A stretch of 64,000 bases of DNA from Spirochaetaceae bacterium (GTDB lineage: Bacteria; Spirochaetota; Spirochaetia; DSM-2461). The notes under the pieces are model-generated. The model saw only the letters and a list, made by a program, of their open reading frames with translations. It was not told the origin of the DNA and searched no databases. Positions 1-9,398 of the stretch are shown piece after piece. The position numbers and the translations under genes were made by a program. The first letter of the stretch is position 1, and the number at the start of each line of letters is the position of its first letter. The stretch lies in assembly GCA_965224705.1 (NCBI GenBank), contig OZ245056.1, positions 672,001-736,000 of the forward strand, read 5' to 3'.

Positions 1-382
1 GCTGCAGGCTGCCCCCCGGAATGCCCGATGGTGTGGGAACACCATACTGACGTATCATTTCAGGCAGTGCGGGCAATTGATCGACAGGAAAAACAAGATC
101 AAACAGCTTGAGGAACTTTTTCTTATCGGCGGGAAGCACACAACCGGAAAGAAAGGTTATCAGGGATTTTGTATCTCTGGTTTTATTCCATTTATGTATT
201 TTCCCATAAACACGGTCTATGGCCTTCTGACGCACCGAACAGGCAACGATTCCCCTGAGAACAATATCGTCATCATCTTCCTGGACAGCTTCCGTGTATC
301 CCATACCGCTGAGTACGGTTCGTATTCTCTCGGTATCCGACTTATTCATCTGGCAGCCAAATGGCACTATATGGTATTTCAT
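1..382 (-). CDS. miaB: tRNA-2-methylthio-N6-dimethylallyladenosine synthase MiaB-like methylthiotransferase, 5' part; runs off the window start
   Basis: Not in the ORF track. Hand translation from ATG 382 gives MKYHIVPFGCQMNKSDTERI...VACSVRQKA...LSGCV, the three Cys motifs of the MTTase N-terminal domain. GCQMN is MiaB-type. Confidence 0.8.
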   Translation of the reverse strand, partial: MKYHIVPFGCQMNKSDTERIRTVLSGMGYTEAVQEDDDDIVLRGIVACSVRQKAIDRVYGKIHKWNKTRDTKSLITFLSGCVLPADKKKFLKLFDLVFPVDQLPALPEMIRQYGVPTPSGIPGGSLQ

Positions 383-467
383 TTTTCAGCCCGTATCATG
401 AGATAATTCTATCAGTAGTACCATATTCAGGTATTCTCAGCATAGTGAACAATACTATACTCTACTA

Positions 468-1382
468 ATGACAACTCATCTCCGTAAACCTGACTGGATA
501 AAAATCAAACTGAATACCACTGAAGATACCTCCACAATTCGCAGGGATTTACGGGAAAGAGGACTTACCACCGTATGTGAAGAGGCCAGATGCCCCAATC
601 TTCATGAGTGCTGGAGTCATCATCGAACAGCCACTTTCATGATACTCGGCAATACCTGTACCCGCAATTGCCGTTTCTGTGCAGTAAAAACAGGGAAACC
701 TGAGGCTCCCGATGAATCGGAACCTGACCGCATTGCATCTTCAATCGAGAAACTGAACATTGCTCACGCCGTGCTTACCATGGTAAGCAGGGATGATCTT
801 CCTGACGGCGGGGCCCGTTACCTTGCTGCTGCCGGCAAAGCCATCCATCATCGACTGCCGGAAACAACAGTAGAATACCTTTCCTCCGACATGATGGGTA
901 ATGCTGAATCAATTGAAATTCTCATTGAATCTCAACCTGAAATTCTGGGTCACAATATTGAAACTGTCCGACGCCTGACTCCCCTGGTACGTGCCCGAAG
1001 TGATTACAACCGTTCCCTGGATTTTTTGCGCACAGCCCGCAGGCTGAATAAGAAGATCCTCCTGAAAAGCAGCATCATGCTGGGGCTGGGAGAGGAGATG
1101 GATGAAATACTGACAACCCTGAGAGACATTCACGAAACCGGCTGCAGCATTGTGAATATGGGACAGTACCTTCAACCGACCCGCCACCATCTTCCAGTAA
1201 AAAAATACTGGCATCCTGAGGAATTTGATTTGCTCACAGAGAAGGCAGAAGATATTGGATTCAGCAAAGTTGTTGCCGGTCCCATGGTTCGATCCAGCTA
1301 CCATGCGGGGAATCAGTTTCCTGCCAATACAACTGAAAGTTTGCTTGTGGAGAGGGGGGGAAGATCAAGCCGTGAGGCGTAA
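468..1382 (+). CDS. lipA: Lipoyl synthase
   Basis: CEEARCPNLHEC auxiliary-cluster motif, CTRNCRFC radical SAM motif, and RSSY C-terminal motif. Confidence 0.95.
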   Translation: MTTHLRKPDWIKIKLNTTEDTSTIRRDLRERGLTTVCEEARCPNLHECWSHHRTATFMILGNTCTRNCRFCAVKTGKPEAPDESEPDRIASSIEKLNIAHAVLTMVSRDDLPDGGARYLAAAGKAIHHRLPETTVEYLSSDMMGNAESIEILIESQPEILGHNIETVRRLTPLVRARSDYNRSLDFLRTARRLNKKILLKSSIMLGLGEEMDEILTTLRDIHETGCSIVNMGQYLQPTRHHLPVKKYWHPEEFDLLTEKAEDIGFSKVVAGPMVRSSYHAGNQFPANTTESLLVERGGRSSREA

Positions 1383-1395
1383 GTCCGACAGGTTC
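1361..1395 (+). repeat. Right-end fragment of the 161-bp palindromic element (family 1)
   Basis: AAGATCAAGCCGTGAGGCGTAAGTCCGACAGGTTC matches the element end AAAATCGAGCCGTGAGGCGTAAGTCCGACAGGCTC and is followed by CTGG. It contains the lipA stop codon. Confidence 0.85.
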
Positions 1396-1426
1396 CTGGG
1401 GTCACCAGAAAGAAACTGAGAGCGGC

Positions 1427-1456
1427 AAAACCTCAAGACAGGTTGAGGAGGGTTTT
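1427..1456. terminator. Possible hairpin terminator between convergent lipA and aroDE
   Basis: Imperfect inverted repeat AAAACCTCAA...TTGAGGAGGGTTTT. Confidence 0.35.
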
Positions 1457-1476
1457 ACATGATTTTGACGTTCTGG

Positions 1477-2988
1477 TCACAAACCATCAGGATCCGCACC
1501 TGTGAACAGTTTGATCTGTTGAATAGCTTGAGCTTTCAGCAGTCCCCCCCCATTAACAGCGGCAACCCCAAGTGAAGCAGCTCTTCTGAGCAGAACAGTT
1601 TCAACAGGGTCATAGATGACATCATAAACAAGACTGCAGGATGATGGGTCCCACCATGGTAAAGGATCCTGTTCAGTATTGGGTGCCATTCCGACAGAAG
1701 TTGTCTGGATGGCAATTTCTACATCACTGAGCAAGCTTCTGGATTCTGGTTCTAACGAGCCGTACAGTCCCCCTGTTTCTGCCGCCAATACGGCCGCTTT
1801 CTCCGGAGTTCGATTCAGGATTACCAGATGGGCTCCAAGGTAGGCCAGACCGTGGGCTACAGCCCTGCCTGTACCACCTGCCCCTATGACAAGGATTTTC
1901 TTGCCTTCAAGATTCTGTTTGTTCTCCAGATTCAGAGCTTTGACCAGAGTTTGAATGAACCCGGTAATGTCTGTGTTGCAGGCATACCAACTATTCGCAG
2001 TGTAAACAAGCGTGTTGGCAGCTTTCAGCCGCATAGCCAGATTATCTGCCCTGTCAGCAAGTATCAGTGCTGTTTCTTTGTGCGGTATTGTTACAGATAG
2101 GCCTGAAATACCCAGAATCAGACAGGTTTCCAGGAAAGAACCCAGATCATTTGACAGAACTGGAAGATAGGTTCCTGGTAGATGATGTTTCTGCAGCCAG
2201 CTGTTGTGTATTCGAGGTGACTGACTATGGGCAACAGGATTACCTGTGACTGCGTAAAGAGGGGTAGACTGATCAATGTCCTTAAAACGGTATAGATTGC
2301 AAAGAGATTCAGGGTTCAGGCTTTCTGGAGATGAGGGAGGCAGGCTGTCAATTCTACTGTCATGGGAATAAGTCCATGAAGAGCCAAATTTCTCAGCCAG
2401 AATTCGAGTCGGCACACCATATTCCCCCAGCCCCAGAAGAATTTTTTCAGAAACATCTTTCAACTCCTGAGCCAGAGAGGCTAATTTATAGAGGTGCTGA
2501 CTATGCCTGCAAGTCACAGCCAGCCTGGGGATAGCACCATCCTGCTTCAACACCTTTATGCATTGCATCAAATCTGCCACAGGCTGATCCAGGAGATCCC
2601 CGGTTAAATCAGTACGGGATCGTACTACCCGTGTCCCGGATCTGTTTGCAGCATGGATGATCCGGTCCGAAACTGTTTCCATTTCAACATACGAAAAGCT
2701 GCATGTAAGGAGCAGGCTGACCATCAACTCAAGTCGTTCCGATTCCGTCTCATCACAGTGTCCCCACATCCCCCCATTCTCCAATGTTCGAATAGATAGA
2801 ATGATGGGAATGCTCCGGCCCAATCTTTCAGCCAATCGGATTGGGAAATCGTCAGCAGCCTGTCGTTCATGAGGGGCAAGAAGATCGACGCGAAACTCCA
2901 CCAGGTCAACAAATTGCTGGTTGGCCATGACCTGACTGACCATCAGGTCAATTTCAGAGCCTGTCAAACTCAGGCACAATCTGCTCAC
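1477..2988 (-). CDS. aroE: Type I 3-dehydroquinate dehydratase-like domain fused to shikimate dehydrogenase
   Basis: N-terminal VEFRVD/SIRT..GG (AroD fold). C-terminal GNPVAHSQSP, SVTIPHK, AANT, NTDITG, GAGGTG and DVIYDP (AroE). Confidence 0.88.
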   Translation of the reverse strand: MSRLCLSLTGSEIDLMVSQVMANQQFVDLVEFRVDLLAPHERQAADDFPIRLAERLGRSIPIILSIRTLENGGMWGHCDETESERLELMVSLLLTCSFSYVEMETVSDRIIHAANRSGTRVVRSRTDLTGDLLDQPVADLMQCIKVLKQDGAIPRLAVTCRHSQHLYKLASLAQELKDVSEKILLGLGEYGVPTRILAEKFGSSWTYSHDSRIDSLPPSSPESLNPESLCNLYRFKDIDQSTPLYAVTGNPVAHSQSPRIHNSWLQKHHLPGTYLPVLSNDLGSFLETCLILGISGLSVTIPHKETALILADRADNLAMRLKAANTLVYTANSWYACNTDITGFIQTLVKALNLENKQNLEGKKILVIGAGGTGRAVAHGLAYLGAHLVILNRTPEKAAVLAAETGGLYGSLEPESRSLLSDVEIAIQTTSVGMAPNTEQDPLPWWDPSSCSLVYDVIYDPVETVLLRRAASLGVAAVNGGGLLKAQAIQQIKLFTGADPDGL

Positions 2989-3443
2989 CAGTCGCTCCTG
3001 TAAACATATATATCAATCAGCACGTTCTCACGAAAATACAATCTTATACGGGATGGAAATCCGATATCAGGAAGAGTCCATGTCAGATACTTATCCAGAG
3101 AATTAACAGGGGGACCCCAGAGTTCCTCAATCGCTTTCCGGCTCATACCCATACTCACACCGTCGATTTCACCGCTCCAGCGTTCGTCCACTCGGATTTG
3201 CCACACTCTATCCTGAAACCAGAACAAATACTGATGGTCAGAGTAATAAAAAACAACATTGTCTTCGTCTGGAGTTTTTCCCCTATGGACAAAAACATTC
3301 TCTGGATTCCCGATGTTATTGACAGCATCCTGGAATGCCCAGCCAAGCTTACCGGTGAAATCTACAGCAAGTGGTTTTACATCTTCTTCCAGTGCAAAGA
3401 GCTTAAAAAGTCCCATAAGGAGGAATAATATGGCTGATTTCAT
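2985..3443 (-). CDS. Hypothetical exported protein
   Basis: ORF with a signal-peptide-like N-terminus (MKSAILFLLMGLFKLFA). Its stop overlaps the aroDE start. Start codon is uncertain. Confidence 0.7.
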   Translation of the reverse strand: MKSAILFLLMGLFKLFALEEDVKPLAVDFTGKLGWAFQDAVNNIGNPENVFVHRGKTPDEDNVVFYYSDHQYLFWFQDRVWQIRVDERWSGEIDGVSMGMSRKAIEELWGPPVNSLDKYLTWTLPDIGFPSRIRLYFRENVLIDIYVYRSDW

Positions 3444-3576
3444 ATATCTCATTGAATACATGATAACACCTGACAAATTCAGGGTGAAGTCTCGGTAGAG
3501 CTAATAAGTACTGGAAGGAAGGATGTGGTTTCCTGCACCCAATACAGGATGGAATGTGGCGATTATGCTGTGTCAG

Positions 3577-3737
3577 GAGCCTGTCGGATTTACGTCTCAC
3601 GGTTCGATTTTTGCCCTTTTTTCCTGCTGCTGCGTTGCCAAAATACTCACGTAGCCCAGCTACGCTCCGTTTTTGTCGCCTTGCATCAGGAAGAAATCAT
3701 CAAAAATCGCCTCGAAGCCTTAAAATCCGACAGACTC
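3577..3737 (-). mobile_element. 161-bp palindromic MITE/ERIC-like element, family 1, copy A (inverted relative to the other copies)
   Basis: TIRs GAGCCTGTCGGATTT...AAATCCGACAGACTC, flanked by TCAG/CTAG. Near-identical to the reverse complement of the copies at 7506, 33463 and 33628. Confidence 0.9.
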
Positions 3738-3936
3738 CTAGAAAGACTTCTCATCGTACTCACGAGTGATTGCCGTCTCAGGGGAAACCAGGTATTTATA
3801 ATGATGAACCTGGATCAAGACGAACTTGAAAGAAGTTTTTGTTGAACAAACATTCTTTCTTCAGTGGTTGAATCTTAAAGCTTTGGGGTATATGATTCAG
3901 CAAGTTCAGAAATATATCTCTTATGAAGGATATTCT

Positions 3937-6900
3937 ATGTCGAAAAGGAAAATGATCACTATTGATGGTAATACCGCTGCCGCTCATGTGGCCTATGCAT
4001 TCAGCGAAGTCGCTGCAATTTATCCAATTACACCCTCATCACCCATGGGGGAGTATACGGATGCGTGGGCAAGTTCCGGGTTAAAAAATGTTTTTGGAAA
4101 ACCCGTTGATGTCATTGAGATGCAGAGTGAAGCAGGAGCTGCCGGTGCAGTGCATGGAGCTCTTTCCGCTGGTGCCATGACAACAACGTACACTGCAAGT
4201 CAGGGACTTCTCCTGATGATTCCAAACATGCACAAGATTGCCGGTGAAATGCTTCCGACTGTTTTCCATGTATCAGCTCGATCTTTGGCCGCCCAGTCTC
4301 TTTCAATCTTTGGTGACCATTCTGATGTTATGGGAACTCGGAATACAGGCTTTGCCCTGATTGCTGCCAGCAGTATACAGGAAACCATGGATCTGGCTCT
4401 GGTGAGTCATCTCTCGACACTGAAAGGTCAGGTGCCGTTCCTGAATTTTTTTGATGGTTTTCGCACCAGTCATGAAGTTCAAAAAATAGAAGAGATTAGT
4501 TTTGAAACAATTAGAAACCTCATTGAACCTCAATACATCGAAAGGTTTCGGGACAGAGCCATGCGGCCGGAAAAACCTGTTGTCAAAGTAGCGGCACAAA
4601 ACCCCGATGTCTACTTTCAGGGACGTGAAACTGTCAATAAGTACTACGATGCTCTTCCCGGTGTCATCCAGGAATACATGGACAAAGCGGCAAAGGAAAT
4701 TGGTCGCCAATACCACCTTTTTGACTACGTTGGTGACCCGAAAGCTGAAAAGATCATTATCGCAATGGGTTCAGCCTGTGATACCATAGATCATGCCGTC
4801 AAGACACTGAACAGCCGTGGGGAAAAGGTTGGTACTATCAAAGTCCGTTTGTACCGGCCTTTCAGTGTCGAGCACTTTTTGGAAGCCATGCCCGATACTG
4901 TCAAGAAGGTGGCTGTACTTGATCGCACAAAGGAACCAGGCTCCATTGGCGAACCTCTCTACATGGATGTTGCAGTTGCATTGGCTGGAAGAGATATCAC
5001 TGTTATCGGAGGACGGTATGGTCTTTCATCAAAAGAATTTACTCCATCGATGGTGAAGGCTGTCTACGATCATCTTGACGGCAAATGTTCTCATAATTTC
5101 ACTGTGGGTATCAACGATGATGTAACGAATCTGTCCCTGGATATCAATGAAAAACTTCAGGTTGAACCTGATGATGTGGTGAGCTGCATGTTCTGGGGTC
5201 TGGGTTCTGACGGCACAGTTGGTGCCAACAAGAACTCTATCAAAATCATTGGAGACAATACGGACATGAATGCACAGGCCTACTTTGTATACGATTCGAA
5301 GAAGTCTGGCGGTATAACAACAAGTCATCTCCGTTTCGGCAAGAGTCAGGTAAACATGCCCTGGCTGATAGAAGAAGCCGACTTCGTCGCCTGTCATAAC
5401 CCTGCTTATATTGGTCGATATGACATGCTCTCGCCCCTGAAAGAAGGGGCTACATTTCTACTGAATACAAAAGTACCCCCGAAAGAGGCATTTTTCAGCC
5501 TCGTCAAAGAAGAACAGAAGATAGTCAGGGATAGAAATATCAAGTTCTATGTTATCGATGCATTGAAAATAGCTCGTGAAGTAGGACTTGGCAGCCGTAT
5601 CAATACGGTCATGCAGGCATGCTTCTTCAAAATCTCCGGTGTGCTTCCCGAAAAAGAAGCCATTGATCTGATGAAGAATGTTATCAGGAAGTCATTTGCC
5701 AACAAGGGTGAAGATATTGTTAAAATGAATTGGAATGCTGTGGATAAAAGCAGTTCTGGACTAAGTTTAGTCCCAATTCCATCAAAACCTGCCTCTCAAT
5801 CCCATATAGCTCCGGAACTCATTCCTCAGGATGCTGGAGACTTTGCCCGCAACATAATTCTCCCCACAATGTCACTCAAAGGTGATAATATTCCGGTGAG
5901 TCAAATGTCTTTCGATGGAACAATTCCGATTGGAACAACTCGATTGGAAAAACGTGGTGTTGCCCCGCGGGTTCCAAGGTGGCTGAGTGAGAACTGTATT
6001 CAATGCAATCAATGCGCCCAGTCCTGTCCCCATGCGGCTATCCGTGCCAAGCAGATTGCCCCGGGACACCTGGATGGAGCACCTGAATCCTTCCAAACTC
6101 TGAAATCAAAAACAAAGAATGATAAAAACCTCCAGTACAGGATCCAGATCTACATTGAAGATTGCCAGGCATGTGGTGTTTGTCTGGTGACCTGCCCGGC
6201 CAAAAACAAAGCCCTTGAGTGGAGTCCCATAGAAACGGAACGTGAATCTGGTGAGCATGAAAATGAAGCTTTTTTCACATCTCTCCCTGAAGATGTCCTT
6301 GATGGATCCCCTGAAACCAGTGTGAAGGGTTTGCAATTCAAGCAGCCTCTCTTTGAGTTTTCCGGTGCCTGCGCAGGCTGTGGTGAAACTCCCTATGTAA
6401 TGATGATGAGTCAAATCGCTGGTGACCGGATGATAGCCGCGAACGCCACTGGCTGCTCTTCCATCTACGGCGGTACATTCCCCACTGTCCCATACTGTAC
6501 CAATAAGGAAGGACGGGGACCGGCATGGGGAAATAGTCTCTTTGAAGACAATGCCGAGTACGGCTTTGGAATGCGTCTTGCGGTTGACAGCAACCGTCAC
6601 CTGCTGAAGGTAAAAATAAATCGAATTCTGGAAATTGGAACGACGGACAAACTCACTCGAAGCCTCAAGAAAGCTCTGGAGATTTTCAATAATACGGATC
6701 AGGAAGCCAAGGAGCATCAGCTGACTGTGCAAGCTCGCCTACCGGAGGCATTGAAATCCGCCAGCAATGCCGAGGCCAGCGATGTTCTTGCCAAAATCAT
6801 AGAATTACAGGATTACTTCATCGATAAATCAATCTGGATTATCGGTGGTGATGGCTGGGCCTATGACATCGGATATGCCGGTGTAGATCATGTAATTGCC

Positions 6901-7464
6901 ATGAATAAAAACGTCAACATACTTGTGCTTGACACTGAAGTGTATTCCAATACTGGGGGTCAGGCATCAAAAGCCACTCCCATTGGATCTGTCGCCAAGT
7001 TTGCCAACAGTGGTATGAAACTCACCAAGAAGAATATGCCGTTTATGTGCATGAGCTACGGTTATGTTTATGTAGCCTCCATCTCCCTGGGGGCCAACAG
7101 AGCCCAGGCTCAGAAAGCCATGATGGAGGCAGAAGCTTACCCCGGTCCATCCATTGTTTTCGCCTATTCGCCCTGTATCAACCATGGTATTGATATGAGT
7201 AAGAGTCAGGTAGAAATGAAGCGGGCTGTTGAAGCCAATTACTGGCCGTTGTTCCGTTTTGATCCCAGAAATGATGATGGCAAGCGATTTCAGTGGGAGA
7301 ATAAAGAACCGACATTGGACTTCCAGGATTTTATCCATAATGAACGGCGTTACTCAACGCTTCGAAGAACAAATCCAGTGGAAGCTCAAACACTGTTTGA
7401 ACTTGCTGAAGCTAATGCCAGAAAGCGAATGGAATTCTATCGGAAGATCGGGGAGATAATGTAG
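3937..7464 (+). CDS. nifJ: Pyruvate:ferredoxin (flavodoxin) oxidoreductase, homodimeric
   Basis: YPITPSS, EMQSEAGAAG, GLGSDGTVGANK, two CxxCxxCxxxCP ferredoxin motifs, GACAGCGE and GGDGWAYDIG. Start placed at ATG 3937 after the GAAGGA RBS. Confidence 0.96.
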   Translation: MSKRKMITIDGNTAAAHVAYAFSEVAAIYPITPSSPMGEYTDAWASSGLKNVFGKPVDVIEMQSEAGAAGAVHGALSAGAMTTTYTASQGLLLMIPNMHKIAGEMLPTVFHVSARSLAAQSLSIFGDHSDVMGTRNTGFALIAASSIQETMDLALVSHLSTLKGQVPFLNFFDGFRTSHEVQKIEEISFETIRNLIEPQYIERFRDRAMRPEKPVVKVAAQNPDVYFQGRETVNKYYDALPGVIQEYMDKAAKEIGRQYHLFDYVGDPKAEKIIIAMGSACDTIDHAVKTLNSRGEKVGTIKVRLYRPFSVEHFLEAMPDTVKKVAVLDRTKEPGSIGEPLYMDVAVALAGRDITVIGGRYGLSSKEFTPSMVKAVYDHLDGKCSHNFTVGINDDVTNLSLDINEKLQVEPDDVVSCMFWGLGSDGTVGANKNSIKIIGDNTDMNAQAYFVYDSKKSGGITTSHLRFGKSQVNMPWLIEEADFVACHNPAYIGRYDMLSPLKEGATFLLNTKVPPKEAFFSLVKEEQKIVRDRNIKFYVIDALKIAREVGLGSRINTVMQACFFKISGVLPEKEAIDLMKNVIRKSFANKGEDIVKMNWNAVDKSSSGLSLVPIPSKPASQSHIAPELIPQDAGDFARNIILPTMSLKGDNIPVSQMSFDGTIPIGTTRLEKRGVAPRVPRWLSENCIQCNQCAQSCPHAAIRAKQIAPGHLDGAPESFQTLKSKTKNDKNLQYRIQIYIEDCQACGVCLVTCPAKNKALEWSPIETERESGEHENEAFFTSLPEDVLDGSPETSVKGLQFKQPLFEFSGACAGCGETPYVMMMSQIAGDRMIAANATGCSSIYGGTFPTVPYCTNKEGRGPAWGNSLFEDNAEYGFGMRLAVDSNRHLLKVKINRILEIGTTDKLTRSLKKALEIFNNTDQEAKEHQLTVQARLPEALKSASNAEASDVLAKIIELQDYFIDKSIWIIGGDGWAYDIGYAGVDHVIAMNKNVNILVLDTEVYSNTGGQASKATPIGSVAKFANSGMKLTKKNMPFMCMSYGYVYVASISLGANRAQAQKAMMEAEAYPGPSIVFAYSPCINHGIDMSKSQVEMKRAVEANYWPLFRFDPRNDDGKRFQWENKEPTLDFQDFIHNERRYSTLRRTNPVEAQTLFELAEANARKRMEFYRKIGEIM

Positions 7465-7505
7465 CGGAGTCATTGAGCAGAACGTTGTCTCATTTTGTTC
7501 TCCAG

Positions 7506-7666
7506 GAGCCTGTCGGACTTTAAGACTTCGAGGTGATTTTTGATGATTTCTTTCTGATAGAAGGCGCCAAAAGCGGAGCGTAGCTGGGCTACGTGGGCAT
7601 TTTGGCAACGCGGTAGCGGGAAAAAAAGGCAAAAATCGAGCCGTGAGGCGTAAGTCCGACAGGCTC
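7506..7666 (+). mobile_element. 161-bp palindromic element, family 1, copy B
   Basis: TIRs GAGCCTGTCGGACTT...AAGTCCGACAGGCTC with a perfect CCAG direct repeat on both sides (7502-7505 and 7667-7670). Confidence 0.92.
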
Positions 7667-7695
7667 CCAGGCTTCCGGTCACTCATGAATGGATT

Positions 7696-7743
7696 AGTGT
7701 CCGAAAGCTTGTAAAGAGGGAGTTTTCACTCAAAACTTCCTCT
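7696..7743 (+). repeat. Family-2 TIR remnant followed by a hairpin
   Basis: AGTGTCCGAAAGCTTGT matches the family-2 end AGTGTCAGAAAGCTTGT. It is followed by the stem AGAGGGAGTTTT-cactc-AAAACTTCCTCT. Confidence 0.55.
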
Positions 7744-7852
7744 GGTGAGGAAACCTGATCAGTATAGCCGTTTCATATCAAAAACCTTCAGGCACGCTGA
7801 AATCTGACAATCCCCAACACCCTGGAAATTTTTGTCCTGTGGAATTTATCCT

Positions 7853-7881
7853 TTGTCAGAACAGCTGATTTCAGCTACACT
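7853..7881 (+). promoter_or_regulatory. Sigma70-type promoter upstream of the structured leader and rimO
   Basis: TTGTCA-17 nt-TACACT. Confidence 0.55.
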
Positions 7882-7884
7882 GCA

Positions 7885-8015
7885 TAAAGAACTCTTCCAA
7901 TTCTATTTCCGGTTTGAACTTCTTCCCCTGAAGTATTGATGAAATACTCACGAACCCGGATAAATGGGCTATCCCCGGCAATTCACTGCTGCCCGATGTC
8001 GGAATGAGTTCTTTA
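7885..8015 (+). ncRNA. Candidate structured RNA or leader upstream of rimO; family unknown
   Basis: The ends pair (TAAAGAACTC-TTCC with GGAA-T-GAGTTCTTTA), with nested stems TTTCCGG/CCGGATAAA and AGTATT/AATACT. It begins just after the predicted -10. Confidence 0.35.
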
Positions 8016-8048
8016 GAAAACGGCAAGGATTGAAAAGGAGAGTTGCCG

Positions 8049-9398
8049 ATGTCAAAATTCTATGTTGAGAACCTTGGTTGTGCAAAAAACCAGGTTGATG
8101 CCGAGGTAATGATTGCTTCACTCAAACGCCAGGGTTGGGTTTACACGCCCGGTAATCCGAAAGAAGCTGATCTCATCATCGTCAACAGCTGCAGCTTCAT
8201 TAGAAGTGCTCAGGAAGAATCTATCGACACTCTTCTCAGGACAAAAAATGAATACCCGAACAAACGAGTTATCGCAGCAGGCTGCCTTGCCCAGAGATGG
8301 TCCAGGGAACTCCCGGAACTCATCCCGGAACTGGATGGAGTATTTGGAAATCGAAATCCTTTCAGAGTCAGCGAAATGGCAGGGAAGGTGATGGCAGGTG
8401 AAAAGCCCATCTTTGTACCCGACGGGAAAGATGAAACACTGGAAAGGAAAGATTTTTTTGGATTCAACCGCTCCATATACATCAAGATTTCAGACGGATG
8501 TAATCATAACTGCCGCTTCTGTGCCATACCTCTTATAAAAGGTCCACTTGTCAGCCGACCCATGGACGAAGTGGTTTCCGAAGCCAGCAGCCTTCTCAAG
8601 AAGGGAGCTTTTGAACTGAATCTGATTGCCCAGGATCTTCTGGCTTTTGGTCAGGATAGAGGAGCCCGGCATGGCAGGGGGCTGATAGAACTTCTTAAAC
8701 GGATCCTTGACAGTACGGATAGAAATGACTTCTGGATTCGTCTCCTCTACCTCCACCCCGACGACTTTCCCATGGAACTGCTCAGTCTTATGGAAACTGA
8801 CCCCAGAATACTTCCCTACCTGGACATTCCATTCCAGCATGCATCAGCTCCTGTTCTTCAAAAGATGGGCAGGAAGGGAAATGCTCAGACCCATCTTGAT
8901 TTGATCAGCGAGATACGGAATCGACTTCCCAACTCCGTGATTCGTTCCACCTTCCTGGTGGGACATCCAGGAGAAGGACACCGGGAGTTTGAAGAACTTG
9001 AAAGATTTCAAGATATGGCTGCACTGGATTGGCTTGGAGTGTTTGCCTGGTCAAGAGAAGAAGGAACAGCTGCGGCTGAAGACAAAAATGCTCTGGCAGC
9101 ACGACTGGCAATTCCCATATCAAAGAAACGCCGAGAAATTATTGAAAATCGCCAATCAAACATAACGGGAAAGCGTCTTGATCAATGGGAGAAACATCAG
9201 TTAGACGTTCTTATCGAAGAAACGATTCAAGAGGAGAACTGCATGCTGGGAAGAAGTTTTTTCCAGGCTCCGGAGGTGGACGGATCGGTGGTTGTACATC
9301 GGCGAGGAAACTCAAGGAAATTCCTTTCAGGGGATGTTGTCAGGGTGAAAATAACAGGGCGGACAGGTTTTGATCTCCAGGGAGATTTGATTGAATAA
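8049..9398 (+). CDS. rimO: Ribosomal protein S12 methylthiotransferase
   Basis: LGCAKNQVDAE, NSCSFI, CNHNCRFC, RLLYLHP and C-terminal APEVDG TRAM domain. Confidence 0.93.
   Translation: MSKFYVENLGCAKNQVDAEVMIASLKRQGWVYTPGNPKEADLIIVNSCSFIRSAQEESIDTLLRTKNEYPNKRVIAAGCLAQRWSRELPELIPELDGVFGNRNPFRVSEMAGKVMAGEKPIFVPDGKDETLERKDFFGFNRSIYIKISDGCNHNCRFCAIPLIKGPLVSRPMDEVVSEASSLLKKGAFELNLIAQDLLAFGQDRGARHGRGLIELLKRILDSTDRNDFWIRLLYLHPDDFPMELLSLMETDPRILPYLDIPFQHASAPVLQKMGRKGNAQTHLDLISEIRNRLPNSVIRSTFLVGHPGEGHREFEELERFQDMAALDWLGVFAWSREEGTAAAEDKNALAARLAIPISKKRREIIENRQSNITGKRLDQWEKHQLDVLIEETIQEENCMLGRSFFQAPEVDGSVVVHRRGNSRKFLSGDVVRVKITGRTGFDLQGDLIE

Noticed and set aside
3525..3845. ORFs at 3525, 3554, 7354, 7470 and 33376 with similar translations, suggesting a small protein family
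   Set aside because: They are open frames of the family-1 repeat and have no independent RBS or start context.
1..9398. Clustering of three sulfur-inserting radical SAM genes (miaB, lipA, rimO) as one system
   Set aside because: They are in separate transcription units with unrelated genes between them, and all are routine housekeeping genes.
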